The notes beneath the pieces are model-generated. The model ran no database searches, was not told where the DNA came from, and saw only the letters and a program-made list of their open reading frames with translations. The position numbers and the translations under genes were made by a program. From positions 248,001-312,000 of the forward strand of contig NMRA01000156.1 in the NCBI GenBank assembly GCA_002633005.1: a stretch of DNA of 64,000 bases, in the 5' to 3' direction. This document shows positions 37,616-51,075 of this stretch, piece by piece. Positions within the stretch are counted from its first letter, which is position 1. Every line of letters begins with the position of its first letter. The DNA comes from Phoronis australis. Its lineage: Eukaryota > Animalia > Phoronida.

Positions 37616-38135
37616 CTGAAAGAGAGCAAAACGGACAAGTTAGAAGATATGCTAAAAAAATCTCACTAACAGCAAGCATCTAGTGACGCTGTGAATGTCA
37701 ATAATCAATTTCACGGTGTAGGTCACGAAAGATTGACATATGTTGATAACCTCACAAAACCTCACACATTCACACCTTGTGGGATTTTTCCTGTCATTTT
37801 TTCATTTATTCGCCAAATTTAGTCTTTTAATAACTGTAACTGTAGCTACAGATAGAAAGCTTTAGTAAATATAATTAGCCGGAATTAGTAAGACTAATTT
37901 ATGCAGTCATCTTGACAAGTACAACCATAGCAATAAGGCGGTATTCTGCAGCTGGGTTCAACAACCAAGCAAATGAGATTTTCTTTGAATACTTGTGTTA
38001 GCCATGGTGCGGGTTGGCAATTGACAAGATTAATCAGGGAGAATAAGGAACCACACACTTGCACTAGGTGTCACTAGTGAAGCAAGGGACCTCCCATAGA
38101 AATGCCTCCACTTAGGTAACAGCGCGGGTCCCTTG

Positions 38136-38232
38136 TCACACACGCACCCACGCACGCACCCACGCACGCACCCACCCACGCACGCACCCAACCACGCACC
38201 CACCCACACCCACACCCACACACACACACACC
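38136..38232. repeat. (CACG/CACC)n-(CA)n compound microsatellite
   Basis: Directly visible. Confidence 0.9.
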
Positions 38233-39482
38233 TGAGCTGATAAACTACTATCTGCTCTCAATCCGTTCAGGTGTCACAAAGAGCTACCTTTACTAATAGG
38301 GTGACTTAGTGAATATGTAGTCACCCGGATACTGCAACAGGCACTGACTTCCAAAACCTAAGGATTCGGAACTTGGTGCGCCATCACCGCACTGGAGTAG
38401 TCTGAGATAGGGTGACACTGTCACTTCTCTGTTGAAATTATGAGGGAAAAACGGGAAAATCACCCTTCAACACCATTTTACTAAAACGCAGTTATCAGAC
38501 GGGGTGAATTTTTTCGTGACGTGAAGCAGTATTTTTCGTGTTTATCAACATGAATTGTCATTTAAAGCTCAACGTGGACGAGATTTTGTATCTTCTTTGT
38601 TGAAGAACCAATGGCAACCATAACTTAATCAGGATTATCGGAAACTGGATTGTTGGTAAATTACAGGTAATTTTTGTTCACTTTATTTGCAAATGCAATT
38701 ACCCAAGGTAAGATTTTGAATTCACTTAGGCCACATTGTGTTTCACAAAGTTTCTACCTGCAACTGCGCATTGGTAAGCACTTATCTAGACAGATTACGC
38801 ATCAAGTTTTCACCAATTCAAGTATTGAAATGGATTACTTTTTAGTCAAGGTATTTAAATGCGTGGCTTTCTCACAACTTGCAGGAATTGAAATGGGTCT
38901 ACTTTTTAATTTCATCTGAGGCACTCGTACTAATACTTTCTCAAAGAAACTCCCTTAGGTCAAACCCAGGAGGGATAGCCAACCTTTTTGTGCAGCTCAA
39001 AATGTTGTATGTAGATTGGGGCACCGGTAACCGAAGTACATATGTCGAATGCTGAAAACACAACCTTGGGAGTTCGCCAAAAACATGCACACTTCTACTT
39101 GACCTATTGCAAGCTCCGCCCCTAGCGAAATGTCGACAAACAAACAATAGCTTTAACCCGGCAACGAGTTGTTTGTCGGGTAAAATGGCGGCCTGGAAAC
39201 GGTCTATCAAGAATGTTGCGTTCTGATCCTTCAGTTAAGTCGTCACTCAAAATCCTGGCGATAAGTCAATTTCCAGTTGACTCACTTAACACTGGCAGAG
39301 TAATCAAACTTCCAACATTTAAATTATAAGTGTAATGTTGATAATTTGGGAGAGGTGTTAACCAGAACAAACACAGCTCTAGAATATTGCCAAATGCTGA
39401 CATAGTTATTGAGCAATCTGGTATTCATAAGACTTCCTATTATTTGGAAGTTGTTATGCAACTATAAAGGTAAACAGCTTAC

Positions 39483-39542
39483 CTTGTGGATTATCAAAGT
39501 GTTTAGCTGTTTCATGAGAAGTACTTGCATATCACCAACCAT
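39483..39542 (-). CDS. Candidate alternative first coding exon of PDE7 (MVGDMQVLLMKQLNTLIIHK)
   Basis: In-frame ATGs followed by a strong phase-0 donor AAG|gtaagc that is compatible with the 37615 acceptor. No homology support. Confidence 0.2.
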
Positions 39543-40451
39543 CAAGTTAACAAGAACATAGGTAAACTGTGGCAAATAAAGACTAGTCGCATCGTCAAGA
39601 TTTGCTCAAAAAAGATATTTTGGCGCAAAAGACTGTCCAGACATGAATTGAACTAGAGCCACTCGACAGCAGGTTAACATTAGTCCATCCTTTTCAAAGT
39701 AGTGAAGTATGGTAAATATGGTAAATATCAGCTGTGCTGTAGCGCACCTTAGGGCAATTATTTCAGGGGTTCCCCTTGTTTTGAAAACCAGTTGGATGCC
39801 TGTTATTCAGTGGAGAAAACTGGTTCTCAAAATGCAAGATGGTGTAAGTGACTGTTGCCCATCTTATTTCAAACAGGACTGATTTCCAGTACGCTATCCC
39901 AGAACACGGTGAATTTCTCAGATTACCCGAAGGCCTCAATTTTGAGGATAAATATCCGCCACATTCCCGTCTGAAAAAATCTCAAAACCATGCCAAATTT
40001 CTCTCAACAAGATAGAAAACTGTCTTTGAACCAGTACTCTCCACAACCTATTTCAACTAATCACTGCGCCGAGTTTAAATTTTGCTGTGACGAGATTGGC
40101 TTCAATCTTGCGATGAGTTTGAAGATCTATACAGTGAGTTGGAAATAGTGGGAGATTAGCCATTTCTTAAGCCAATTAGGACAGCTTGGACTTAATCAAT
40201 GCATTTATTCCAAGACTTAACATTCAAACTCTCCATAGTATGGACATGAACTTTCGAACACGGACGTGTATTTTCGTTTTAGAGAATACCACTTGAACTA
40301 TAAAAATCCACGTCTTTAGAGGCTTCTAGAAACAGCAACAGTCCGAACTCACTCCCAACACTCAGATGAGGGTGAAATTTTTCTCAATAAAACATACGAA
40401 TGGTGACAGAATTACGTTGTTAGAAGGCTAATGTATTTTTCACAGAAGTCA

Positions 40452-40764
40452 AGGGGAGAATCAACAATCGGTTGGACTTCGAAACCACTTGCCCCGGGAC
40501 TTCAAAACCAGTCAGTTGTACTGAAAAACCAAATGGCCTCACCCAAGAAACTAGTTGGGTAGACCCAGAGCACCGGCCAACTCATTTTAGGTACAGCCAA
40601 CCAGTTTTTTGGGTGCCGCCGTCTGGTTGTGAGGAACCCAACATTGTGTTTTGAGGTCTGACCACCAAGTTAGAACACCGGCCATTGGGTTTTGCAGTGC
40701 AGCCAGCTGGTTCGGAAGTCCGAGCAAGTGGTTCTGAAGTCCGACCAATTGTTGATTCTCTCTT
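40452..40764. mobile_element. ~310-bp palindromic MITE
   Basis: GAGAATCAACAATCGGTTGGACTTC-GAAACCACTTGC versus GCAAGTGGTTCTGAAGTCCGACCAATTGTTGATTCTC; the arms stay alignable inward. Confidence 0.8.
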
Positions 40765-43700
40765 AAGTGAGTGCCCTGTACCTTATCGCTTCTACCTTGA
40801 CCCCAGTTACAGGTAAGTCATGCGAAGGCGAGACTAGTGTGGTCAGATATCCTCATGACTACTCACGGACTAAGATACCTGCTAATCTAGACATAGCAAC
40901 AAGAGACTGCCTTTTGCAACAACCTTCACTGAGGAAACCATTAACTGGTGGTCAACACAGATGAGAACACTTTATAGAAAATGTAAAAATAAAAGTTCAA
41001 CTTAGGCCACAATTTCATTTGAAGCAGTCATAAACCAACTTTTGATTTAAACCACTTACCTTTATGAAATTGGTCACAATTTGTCCGTCAGTCAAACCGC
41101 AGATGATTTCAGGGCTTCAAATGAACTGAGTTTATTAGTGCTTGAGACCAGGCTCGGCAATTTGTCTCGTTATAGCTGGTCATTTTATGCGAATCATTTT
41201 ATACGGGTCATTTTATAGGCAGAGCAAGATTTCAAGGAATATCTGTCAGTTCGTTACAAAATCAGAAATCACTTCTCATCTGTGTAAGAAACATGTTGAG
41301 GCCAATTTCACAGCAATAAGAAACCTACTGGATGGACTGCTAATTTCTGGCCTCTTCAAATGTCGTTTTACCGTACAAAACCACTAATTGTGTCCATAGT
41401 ACAGTTCAAAACAAATAAAAGACACAGAGAATTTTCCCTCAAAATGGTTTTCAGTAATTGTGATATGTCATTTTACTAGTTCAGCCTACTTAACAATCTG
41501 CAACTTGCTATTATGAGAAACTACACCTGCTCGGATATATGCAGGCACGCTGAAGACATAGTAGCAACTTGATAACACAGATGAATAAAAAAGGCTCAAA
41601 TTGCAAGCTAGCCAATATTCAACTCTGGAAGAGTCGAATAAATCACGTGAAAGCAAACTGCTGATGTGGAGGATCGCAGCTTATCATCTCCGTGAGAACG
41701 GAAACAACAACGCCACAATAATGACTACGTTAATTTCGAAAAAATGTCAAGTTGAATCCTTTTGCCAACAGTTGATTGTTGAGAGTTACATCAAGGACAC
41801 AGCATCATTGCACTTTTCTAAAAGTCGTTGCTAATATTAGGTCAAAATTGTTGAACGACCAACAGCAAATTCGTCCACTGACCGAAACATGACCTGTCTA
41901 ATTTCCGTACAAGTGCATTTTTAGTAGTTAAACAAATTCAACCCTCAGGTACCGAGCATACCTGTATTAATCAACCCACCAAGGACTGTGTACAAAGCCA
42001 CGCTCAATTTTCATAAATTAAGAGACTATGACTGCACAAAAACTCTCATAACATAACCCATTGCATGTGACAATATTTACAGTGAACTCCTGAACAGTCT
42101 TTGCTGCAATGCCTCCTTTCATCCACTCAGCTCATAGTTTCAGCAGATAAAGACACCCCAGCAACCCCCAGATTGCCCTTATGTGATGTTACATAATACA
42201 GCTGATAAACAAGACAGCACTTACAAGCTACTAGGAGATGAATAAACAGGTTTGGGATTCCCTCTACACAGTCTTCAAAGTACGAACCTTGGTTTAGTTC
42301 TCTTTAAAAAGAGGAGATAAAGTCGCATTTCCAAAAGGTTAGAATCTTATTCGACCCTAAAATGACTTACTTTAAGGTTAAATTTTTGCAGTTTGCATGG
42401 TTAGGAACATTGTCCCACTATACCAAATCATTCTATCCAAACTGATTCACTCCCTCAAGAGAATTAGGTAGGGAACAAGAGTGCTAGGGTTATGGTTGTC
42501 CAGAACTCGCAAGTGTACACATAACCTGCAGATTTTCTAGGAGGAATTTTTAAATCTTAAGCAGAATTCTAAGCTGAAACACTAAATGAAAAGAAGAAAA
42601 TTGAAAAATTTTCCATGACAACTATGATTAACGGCTAAAAATAGTGACCTTGAATAACAAATGTAATCCGACGAGACAGAGTTTAATCCGTGCATCTTTG
42701 TCTTGCAAATTTCCACTAAAGTTGGCTGGAAGGCAAGTAATCACGGATTACGAAATATCTGCATAATCCCTTGACATAACGACATCACAACAAACAATGA
42801 CAGAGCTAGTACCAAAGAGTGGGCACTTCTGAAAGCCCAAAAATCTATGCTGACTAAGATAAAACAAGTTTGGAATAGTTTAACACGTCAAAAATACCGC
42901 CCATGGGCCAAACCCCAGATATTCAATGATCGTAGATTAACAAGACACACATCCCATCAGATTCCACCGCTTTTTGACAAACACAAATTTGCATGCTATT
43001 CCACACAATTTACCCATTTCGCATTCCAACTAAAAAAAAAAACACCACCAGGACAATTCTGACTGTTACGCCAGCCATTTTCCCCTTGGTATGGCCCAGA
43101 ACAAGAAGTTGTGCTCTTTCACTTTCGGCAACAATGCAAAAGGTGCCTCCTGAACATACCACCCACCATGTGAGGTAAAATCTCACTAAAAAATTTCCTG
43201 ATGGTAAAGCATCCCTGTGATGCTACATATCTTGCATGAAAATAATAAGCAAATAAAATTTCACTTGTCCGCCATATTGAGCGCTCATAAAACATGGTGA
43301 CATTTTACTGTACGTCGACAACAACACAGTGGTACCCGTGCTCAGTTCACACGCACCATACAGTTTAAAGCAGTTTCTGTACGCTGTCACTCCTAAAGGT
43401 AAATGAACTGTTCACTGGTAACACAGCATCCAATTTTACTCACGTTGTGAAGATCGAATAACTGACGACTACCGAAGAGTAAAATAACGACTTCAAGAAA
43501 GCCCCTGCCAGCTCCCGCCTACAATAAGCCAGACCTCTCTACTTCTCAGAAGTACAACAAGGTGCCATTCACCTTTCCCACAAAGAACAGACATGTCTGT
43601 GCTTTCAACACTGTTATAGCCACACTGCTTATTACCTTCCTTAGACACAGTGGAAATCTTAAAGAAACACACTGCCCTAAAGAATGTCCAGGAGCCAATA

Positions 43701-46700
43701 GGTCATCCATTGGTCAAATGAAACAGCAGGTTATGTGAACCAACAATAAATGGGGGGATGTGCACCAAACCCCCAGAAACGACACCACACTGGGGAGGTT
43801 TTTTGTGGATGTGAAATGGAATAGGGAAATAATAAGGATGAATTATGTAACAACGTGAGTTGTTACAGTAAAAATTATTCAGTTTAAGACACTAAATGGT
43901 GGACAAGTGAAATTTCATTTTGTCAAATTTTTCAACAAAAATAAATTTTATGGAAAATTGACTTTTTGCTTTTAGCACGGTGTGTATGGCATGGCTATTA
44001 CCAAACATTTGGTAAAATTTTGACCATTTGCAAGAACGTGGTAGGCCTCTGAAAAACAGAAATATGGCGATGTTAACAATTATTTTCATCTAAAACTGAA
44101 GAATTTTAACCGAAGTCAAAAAGTCGAAACTTGTGTTGAACTTAGGGATGTGGCACAAAGTTTCACAAAATGTACAGTAACTATGACAACGGGGGACATA
44201 CCTGGCTGAATAAATGACTACAGCCAAGAACGTCGGACATGCTTACGATTTCTGTCCTTAGTTTCAATAAAGAAAAGATTTCACCATTACACTAAAATTG
44301 ACGGTGACATTTAAATTGCTGCCTTGCACACAAACACGTTGCATACAGTGGAACATTTGAGAAGCTATAGCAATCTCGAGTTGCTCAAAAAGATGTGTGG
44401 GAACTGGCTATTCGTGTTTGCATTTTCTGCGATGACTACTGAATGATTTTCGAATTGTTAAAGTTTACTTGAATTTCATTTTCAAAATTATGACACTATC
44501 TCACCTTAATGCATAAGTTCAGATTCTAAACTACACGCCATGGTTCTTAAGGTTTGTTCTAAACCTGTGAAAAGCTTTTTTTAACTTCTTCGTTTTGCTT
44601 CATTAGTAAAAAGCTAATTTAAGCTTTAGCCCTGGAAGCACACAAATACTCCAAAATTCTGTAATGACGTGTCACAGCTCTCTATTAATGCGATAAAACG
44701 CGATACGTATATATTCACAACCCAGACTGTTGAATCTGCCAGCAAACGTTACAATAATGGCAAGACCTCTCTCACTTAAGACACAATACTGGGACTTGTA
44801 AGTGAAACTTTACCTTCTCAAGTTTTCATAAAGCCTAAATAGCAACACCAGATACACAATTCATCATGTGTAGTGTTCCTTACCATGGTTACTACCGGAC
44901 AATTTTGTGTTGTGAGAAATTGTAGGCATTCACAAAAATGTTCCACAAGCCTTGAAAAAGAAAGGCAGCTAAATTTTGGCAAGTATTTTTGTCCGAAATT
45001 GGCATGATTTTACCATAAGCTTTCTAACTATGGTGCATTTCACAAGATACCAATGTATAAAGAACATATTTGATCTAATTACCGAAAGTGGTGCCTCTCC
45101 ATCTAGAGATTAAAATGCTGAATGAGCTGAAGACCTAGTTGCTTGTTAGAAAAGCAAGATCTCAAGATATCTCAAACTGACGCAAGTGAAAATTAAGTGT
45201 TTCAAGAGAATGCTCGAGAGTTTAGTTACTAGCTCATCCTAGCAAAATGACGATCACTGACGTGATTAGTTGGTGAGGTGGAAATGTTTGATTATGGACT
45301 GAATTCACCGTTTTCGTTCCATAAGGAACATTTTTCACGGTCTACGGAACTAAGCTCTGGCATCAGCTTTGAAAATCCATTTGCCTGCTCATTTACCCAG
45401 ATTACTGCTTTATAGCACTTTCTGGGTTGACATCACCTGTTGTCAATTACATTTACCATCAACAGTAGAGAAATTATCATTTGCCCCGCCTCTAAACTTT
45501 TTTGAAGAGTTCATCAAAATCCCTGGTGACTGACCCACTGAATGACCCTCTATCAATCACTAAACGTAAACAACAAGAACAAAACACAATTATGAACCAA
45601 AATTTTCAAAACTACCACATCATGACCCTGAATCAAATTTAAATGTTCATCAGTTCTTTTGACATGGCATAAACGTGATCAAGAATGAGTGAATGTTTAA
45701 AAAGAAAGGATCTGTGAAGAAATTGATGTTTTCAAAATGCTCTTAAAGCAAATTTATGCTTTCAGAAAACTGGACAATATAAACAGAGGAGCTTTAAACT
45801 GGTTCTCTTATAGCCCGAGGAAGATGCTGACATAGCTAGATGTCGTCACGACAGCAGGTGTGTTCTGATACCTCATATAATACTGAATTCAGGGGAGTCG
45901 AACATAATCAAGAATCACATCGCGATAGCACACCCATATAAAAAGTTACTCATCTCAAAATACAGCGAATAACATCGAATGAAACATACATTAATACACA
46001 ATCAGTTATAATTAAGACATACCATGACTCTGGAGATAATGTAGTCAACATAATTTGAACATCAATGAAAATCTGTCGCGCTTGGCTTGAGCTTCCCTGA
46101 CTGCCATTTTGAGAAAGTTACGGGAAATCATGCTTGTTAACGAACAAAAAGTCAAAGGGACGCAAATGTTACCTCACACGATACTAAATTTAGTAGAATC
46201 AAATTTAATTCTAAGGTCAACCATTTCCGAGAAATAACCTCAACAATATAGCGGAATGAAGGATTATAAAAAAATTCGTGAGTAGAGTGTCAAGCAAAGT
46301 AGTTTTCAAATTCCAAAATCAGTCATTGAATTTCATCGAAAACCATGAGACCTAGGAACAGTCACAAAAAATAAAACAATCATTTGAAATTCTGACGAGG
46401 ATTTGTTTCTGAAATTTGATAATTATACTTTAAATAAACAATGAATATAATGTAGTTCAAAATTTATAAACTGGTACCTGTCAACAGTGATGAAAATCAA
46501 AGTGACGCCAGTTAAATTAGCTAATTAAGACTGTTTAAAACTTTATTTTATCTTAATCAACTTTGATGACTTTTTAAAACATCACCTATCTTTGAACTAG
46601 TGTCTTTAATTGGTGAGATCTTACCATTTTGAATTTTAGAGACTTGGCGGAGGCTATTTTTGCAAAGGTAACCACATTCAGGCTGTGAAGGATTAGGACA

Positions 46701-46819
46701 GAGGGGAAATTGACTAATAGTTGGATAGGCCCATTGAGCAGCATTCCTGTTGTAACCTTATTGTTTGTCACTTCAGGGTTCAATTCCAAACACATCAACT
46801 CAAAACACAATTTATACTC

Positions 46820-46820
<1 letters not shown>

Positions 46821-46873
<53 letters not shown>

Positions 46874-46930
46874 CTGATGTTGCTGTTGTTGTTGATGCTG
46901 TTGGTGTTGTTATTATAATTATTATCATTG
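46821..46930. repeat. (CTG)n microsatellite grading into GTT/ATT triplets
   Basis: Directly visible. It yields the poly-L/A/S pseudo-ORFs. Confidence 0.95.
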
Positions 46931-49900
46931 TATACAAAAAAATGTTGGCAGGATTCTGAGACTTTTCCAGAACTCTTCCAGAAAATTCCAGGACTGTGTC
47001 CAGAACAGAGATGGTACCAACGAGCATGTAAAGAAAACATGTTATGGAAGCATTACGTACAGTTATAAGTCAGACTTTCTGAAATATAGTTATAATTTCA
47101 TGACCTATCCATGTGTGCTGATATTTAAGAACTTCTGCATCGTACAATGAAATTCCATGTCATTTCTGCAGACAACCCAAAAATAACAAACGTTTTCCAA
47201 CCATGTAAAATCATAAACAGTATTCACCCACAGTTTAAGGTTCTTTCACACCAATTTAACTCTCCTCCCACAGGATTGCAGATGTAAACTGCTAATTGAG
47301 CTGAACCTTTCAGACAGGCTTTGATAGTTAGCTAACACCAAAGTTATCGTTGTTTGCTGTGTGGTCATCGAACTTATCCCAAGATGGTGCTCTAAACACA
47401 TTATGTGGGCCTAATTGCTTTAAATTTTTAGGTATGTATTATGATAGCATGACAAATGAATTGAAGTGCAGGTGAGAGGTACAAAGCTGAATACCTGCGG
47501 TACGCCATTGCTTATTACACACAAAACTAATTCTCAAAACTCTAATTTTTCTATTTTTCAAATGTCGATTACTTCTCTGTAATAATTGAAACTTTACCAA
47601 ATGTCGCTTTTAACACCTAAACAGTGCCTAGCCAATAACAGACTAGGATTTTCTTAATTTCAATTTTGTCAATAAATTGAAAAAATAGAACTTCACCAGT
47701 CTACCAGAACGTGTGCTTCGTAGGTGAAGAATTATTGTATTTGGAAAAATATCAAATAATACCACACACATCGCATGTATATTAAAAGAAATTTGCTCAT
47801 GTTATTGAGAATGTTATTTCGCTAAGAATATACCATTCATTTTTGCTGCATTTTACTATAAAGACATGGTCATGTGACCTACTTAATGGCAAATTGGCTT
47901 TGTCACAAAATTAACTACAAAACTTTCCATGTTCAGAAAACATGTATTTTTAATGATTTAAAGTCTGTAAGCTAAACAACCGGAGTGGTCAATGAGGTCC
48001 TCCAGAAACTTAAATTCACCTGTTTACTGTAAAGTTAATTTCAATCCAGGACCGAAGTCAATAGTTCATTGACACTTCATACAAACAGCGATGTGTCCAC
48101 ACTATGTAGGTATGAAACAGTCAAGAGTGCAAAATGTATTCACATACAAACATTTAACAATGGCTTCAAGAAATAAAATTTCCATTCTGTCAGGAATCAA
48201 TAACAAAGTGTCATTGTGTTGTCATTAATTCCTAACCAATGCCACGTTGATGGCAATTTAATGGCGGAATCGCAACCCTAGAGCCTGTCTTATTCATAAG
48301 CACATTTGAGATATGAAGGAAATCTACCAATGACACGCTACTTATCAATGGACAAAGAGTCAAAACAAGGGGGAAACCGGGCAAAACTGTAGTTACGTCT
48401 CTGGGCTGAATACCCCATCCCCCCCGTAGTCATTACTTCGTCATTGTTATTTTCTATCACAGTGTCACCTATGGGGGACAGTGAACCCGTGATTTCATGG
48501 TGGACGACACTCAGAAATGTGTCGACATCTATGCACATGCCTTGGTTTGGACATTTTGCGTAAACACAAGGTAGGGAATGAGCCAGAAAGCAATAGTGAA
48601 TCGTTTTGGGGGTGTTGAAGCTTCGTTATCTTGCAGGAGTCAAAAACACAAACTTGTGTGGAACACATTTAATTAGCCTGCTGAGGTGTTTACAGCAAGG
48701 CAAGCCACAAAGGCATTTCTCAATAGACAAAGCAGCATCCTGATGTACTTCTCAACATCAGCCAATTAGAATGCTTGAATGCGGTATTTTCCAACCAATC
48801 GGAATGTCTGAATGTTACTTCATTGAGGTTTAGCTATTCTAAGTAATGTGACGATATACAGCATAATTCCCAAATTTTTTTTGCTTTTCAAAACCTCGCA
48901 GCATTATGAAATTATGAACAAGAGCAACGCACCTACAGTGTACCGAAAACGTGATACTTATCAGTCTCGTGTAAGGTACGAAGACAACAATTTGACCACA
49001 AGAGGTAGCCATAACAGAGTGAATACCTTTGTTTTAAACGGGTAAATATGCCATATTCCAGGCCTGACTGCATTACCATTCTATTAAGCAAGTATAGACT
49101 TTTTTGGCATAATTGAGTAGCACAGCTTGTTCACCTCTTTGAAGTGTCTCTGCCAATTCATTTTAGCCTGAAGGAATATCTGTTACCGAGGTGAAAGCAT
49201 CCCTAGAGATAACTAAAACACAGCCTGTACTAAGCAGGATGGTTAACAATAAAACTTCAGCTATTGACTCAAAGTGGCCATAAACCAGCATTCCAGTTCC
49301 ATACAAGATGTAAACTTTTGATTTAGACCACTCACTTCTATAAAATTGGTCTCACCTGCTTCCTGTTCCAGATGAGAAGTGGTTTCCGCGTTTGCAGTTT
49401 GTTATTCATTGAGACCGTGCACACAAAATGACACGCTGTTTGTGACATGGCAACTTGTGGAGCCCAGTTTCGACCAATAACGAACTGTTGGTTCTTTTTG
49501 AAGACTCAAAATCAAATCCAACATGACTTTACAAACAATTTGCAACCGATTTCACAATGCTCAGTCAGGTCTAAATGAAAGATGTTTCAGTGATGGAAGG
49601 CTGGTTCATTACCTCTTTAAAACTCGACATGCCTCAAGCAAGAATGAATGCAAGCCAACATCCACTAGCATTATTGGATACGTCTGGGTGAACGGCCATG
49701 ATTCACACCTGAGAAATTTCTAAATTTTCACTTTTAAATCACATGTTCAGCTTGCCGCAGACTGCCAATTCACATGAATGACCCTTCCTTGAACGCAACA
49801 GTGTTTCTGTGAATGCATGTCTTATGTGAAACTCAGCTCTCAAAATATACAAACTCGCATTGTACGGAATGACAAGCTCGCACATTTTCAACGTCATCTT

Positions 49901-49959
49901 GCAGTATTCTGGTGGAGAACATACCTGTATACTGCCACCATGTTTTATGGATCTCTATT

Positions 49960-50311
49960 ATCATTTTGAAAATCTAGTGGTCTATTCAAACCAACCCCTT
50001 TAGCCTGTTTACATTGGCACGATGTTTCGGTTGGTCATTTCTCTGGCCATCTTTAGGTGTTGGAGCAATCTTAGAAGAACGAGCGCGGGTGTATGGCACA
50101 CTCACGGTGGTCAATTATGAGCTCGTTTAAATTTTTACTTGGCATAAGCTTGCACTGAACTAGGGACCTTAAGATTGTTTAGACTTTCAGTCCAGTGCTC
50201 CAACCACTACACCACGGAGTCATCCACCTGAAGATGGCCGGAGAAATGACCCACCGAAACATCATGCCAATGGAGGTCGGTGTAAATAGACCAAGAGACC
50301 TTAGAAATGAT
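49960..50311. mobile_element. Palindromic element with inverted Penelope-type minimal hammerhead-like arms around a tRNA-like core
   Basis: 50012-50059 is the reverse complement of 50225-50272 (CAC-CTGAAGAT-GGCCGG-AGAAATGA-CCCACC-GAAACATC). Outer arms are 49960-49996 and 50275-50311. Confidence 0.6.
50140..50221 (-). pseudogene. tRNA-derived sequence (SINE-head-like or pseudo-tRNA), not a functional tRNA
   Basis: Minus strand reads GACTCCG-TGGTGTAGTGG (A box)-TTGGAGCA-CTGGA-CTGAAAG...AGGTCCCTAGTTCAGT (decayed B box). The acceptor stem cannot close. Confidence 0.5.
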
Positions 50312-51021
50312 GTTATCACATCTCCACCACAAAGAGGCCTTAGTTAAGAAGACCTATCACTAGCACCACCCAGTCTAATGCATTAATACCAGAGTTGACC
50401 AATCAGATATCCCCCAGACCCCGACTTCTAAAAGTTTTGATTGAAATGCCCACCCAATTTCTAGTCACTTCTGTACCCAATATTTAGGCACACTGGGTGT
50501 CCACTTGGATAAGTACCCTACACCCAGTTTGGACAATGCAAGCTGCAAACAAGGTTGAAAAGACAGTTGTGTAATGTTCTAAAGAATATTAAAATCACAA
50601 GCCTGGATAATACTTACAAGAACTGTCCTACTGCGTATAAAACGATAGTTCAATAATAAAATTGAAAGAACTCTCAGAGCAATCACCAAGCTGACATGAT
50701 ATAAACTGTTGTTTTATAGTACAAAAGCACATGGGGAAAGTAGGCTGTTTATTGTACAGTACAGGCCAAAAGTATTCATACAAAATGGCGCGGAACCCCC
50801 CCCCTCCCGCAATGATGGCTGAGTGAAAGCCAAAATCATCACCAGCACAGCCTTATCTCAAGACCAAGAATGGAGGGGCGTTAAGCCATTCTGTAATTAA
50901 AATTTCGTCACTGTAACAGTTAATACGTGTCATTTTTGCTGTAAACATGATTGGAAGTAATGAGGGGGGAAACAGGAGTTTTGTCCGATAACTTTTGTCC
51001 TGCAGTGTAAGCCAACACTAG

Positions 51022-51075
51022 CTACATTATCTTACGTACATTATCTTACGTACATTATCTTACATACATTATCTT
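51022..51075. repeat. 14-bp tandem repeat (TACATTATCTTACG) x ~4
   Basis: Directly visible. Confidence 0.9.

Noticed and set aside
41059-41120. Strong minus-strand donor AAG|gtaagt as a possible PDE7 first exon
   Set aside because: The phase-0 frame meets an upstream TGA with no ATG.
46721-47040. Poly-Leu/Ala/Ser ORFs, and poly-Ala ORFs at 56416-56684
   Set aside because: Trinucleotide microsatellites with no splice or homology support.
50140-50221. Functional tRNA-Phe gene
   Set aside because: A GAA-like loop is present, but the acceptor and T stems do not pair and the B box is degenerate.
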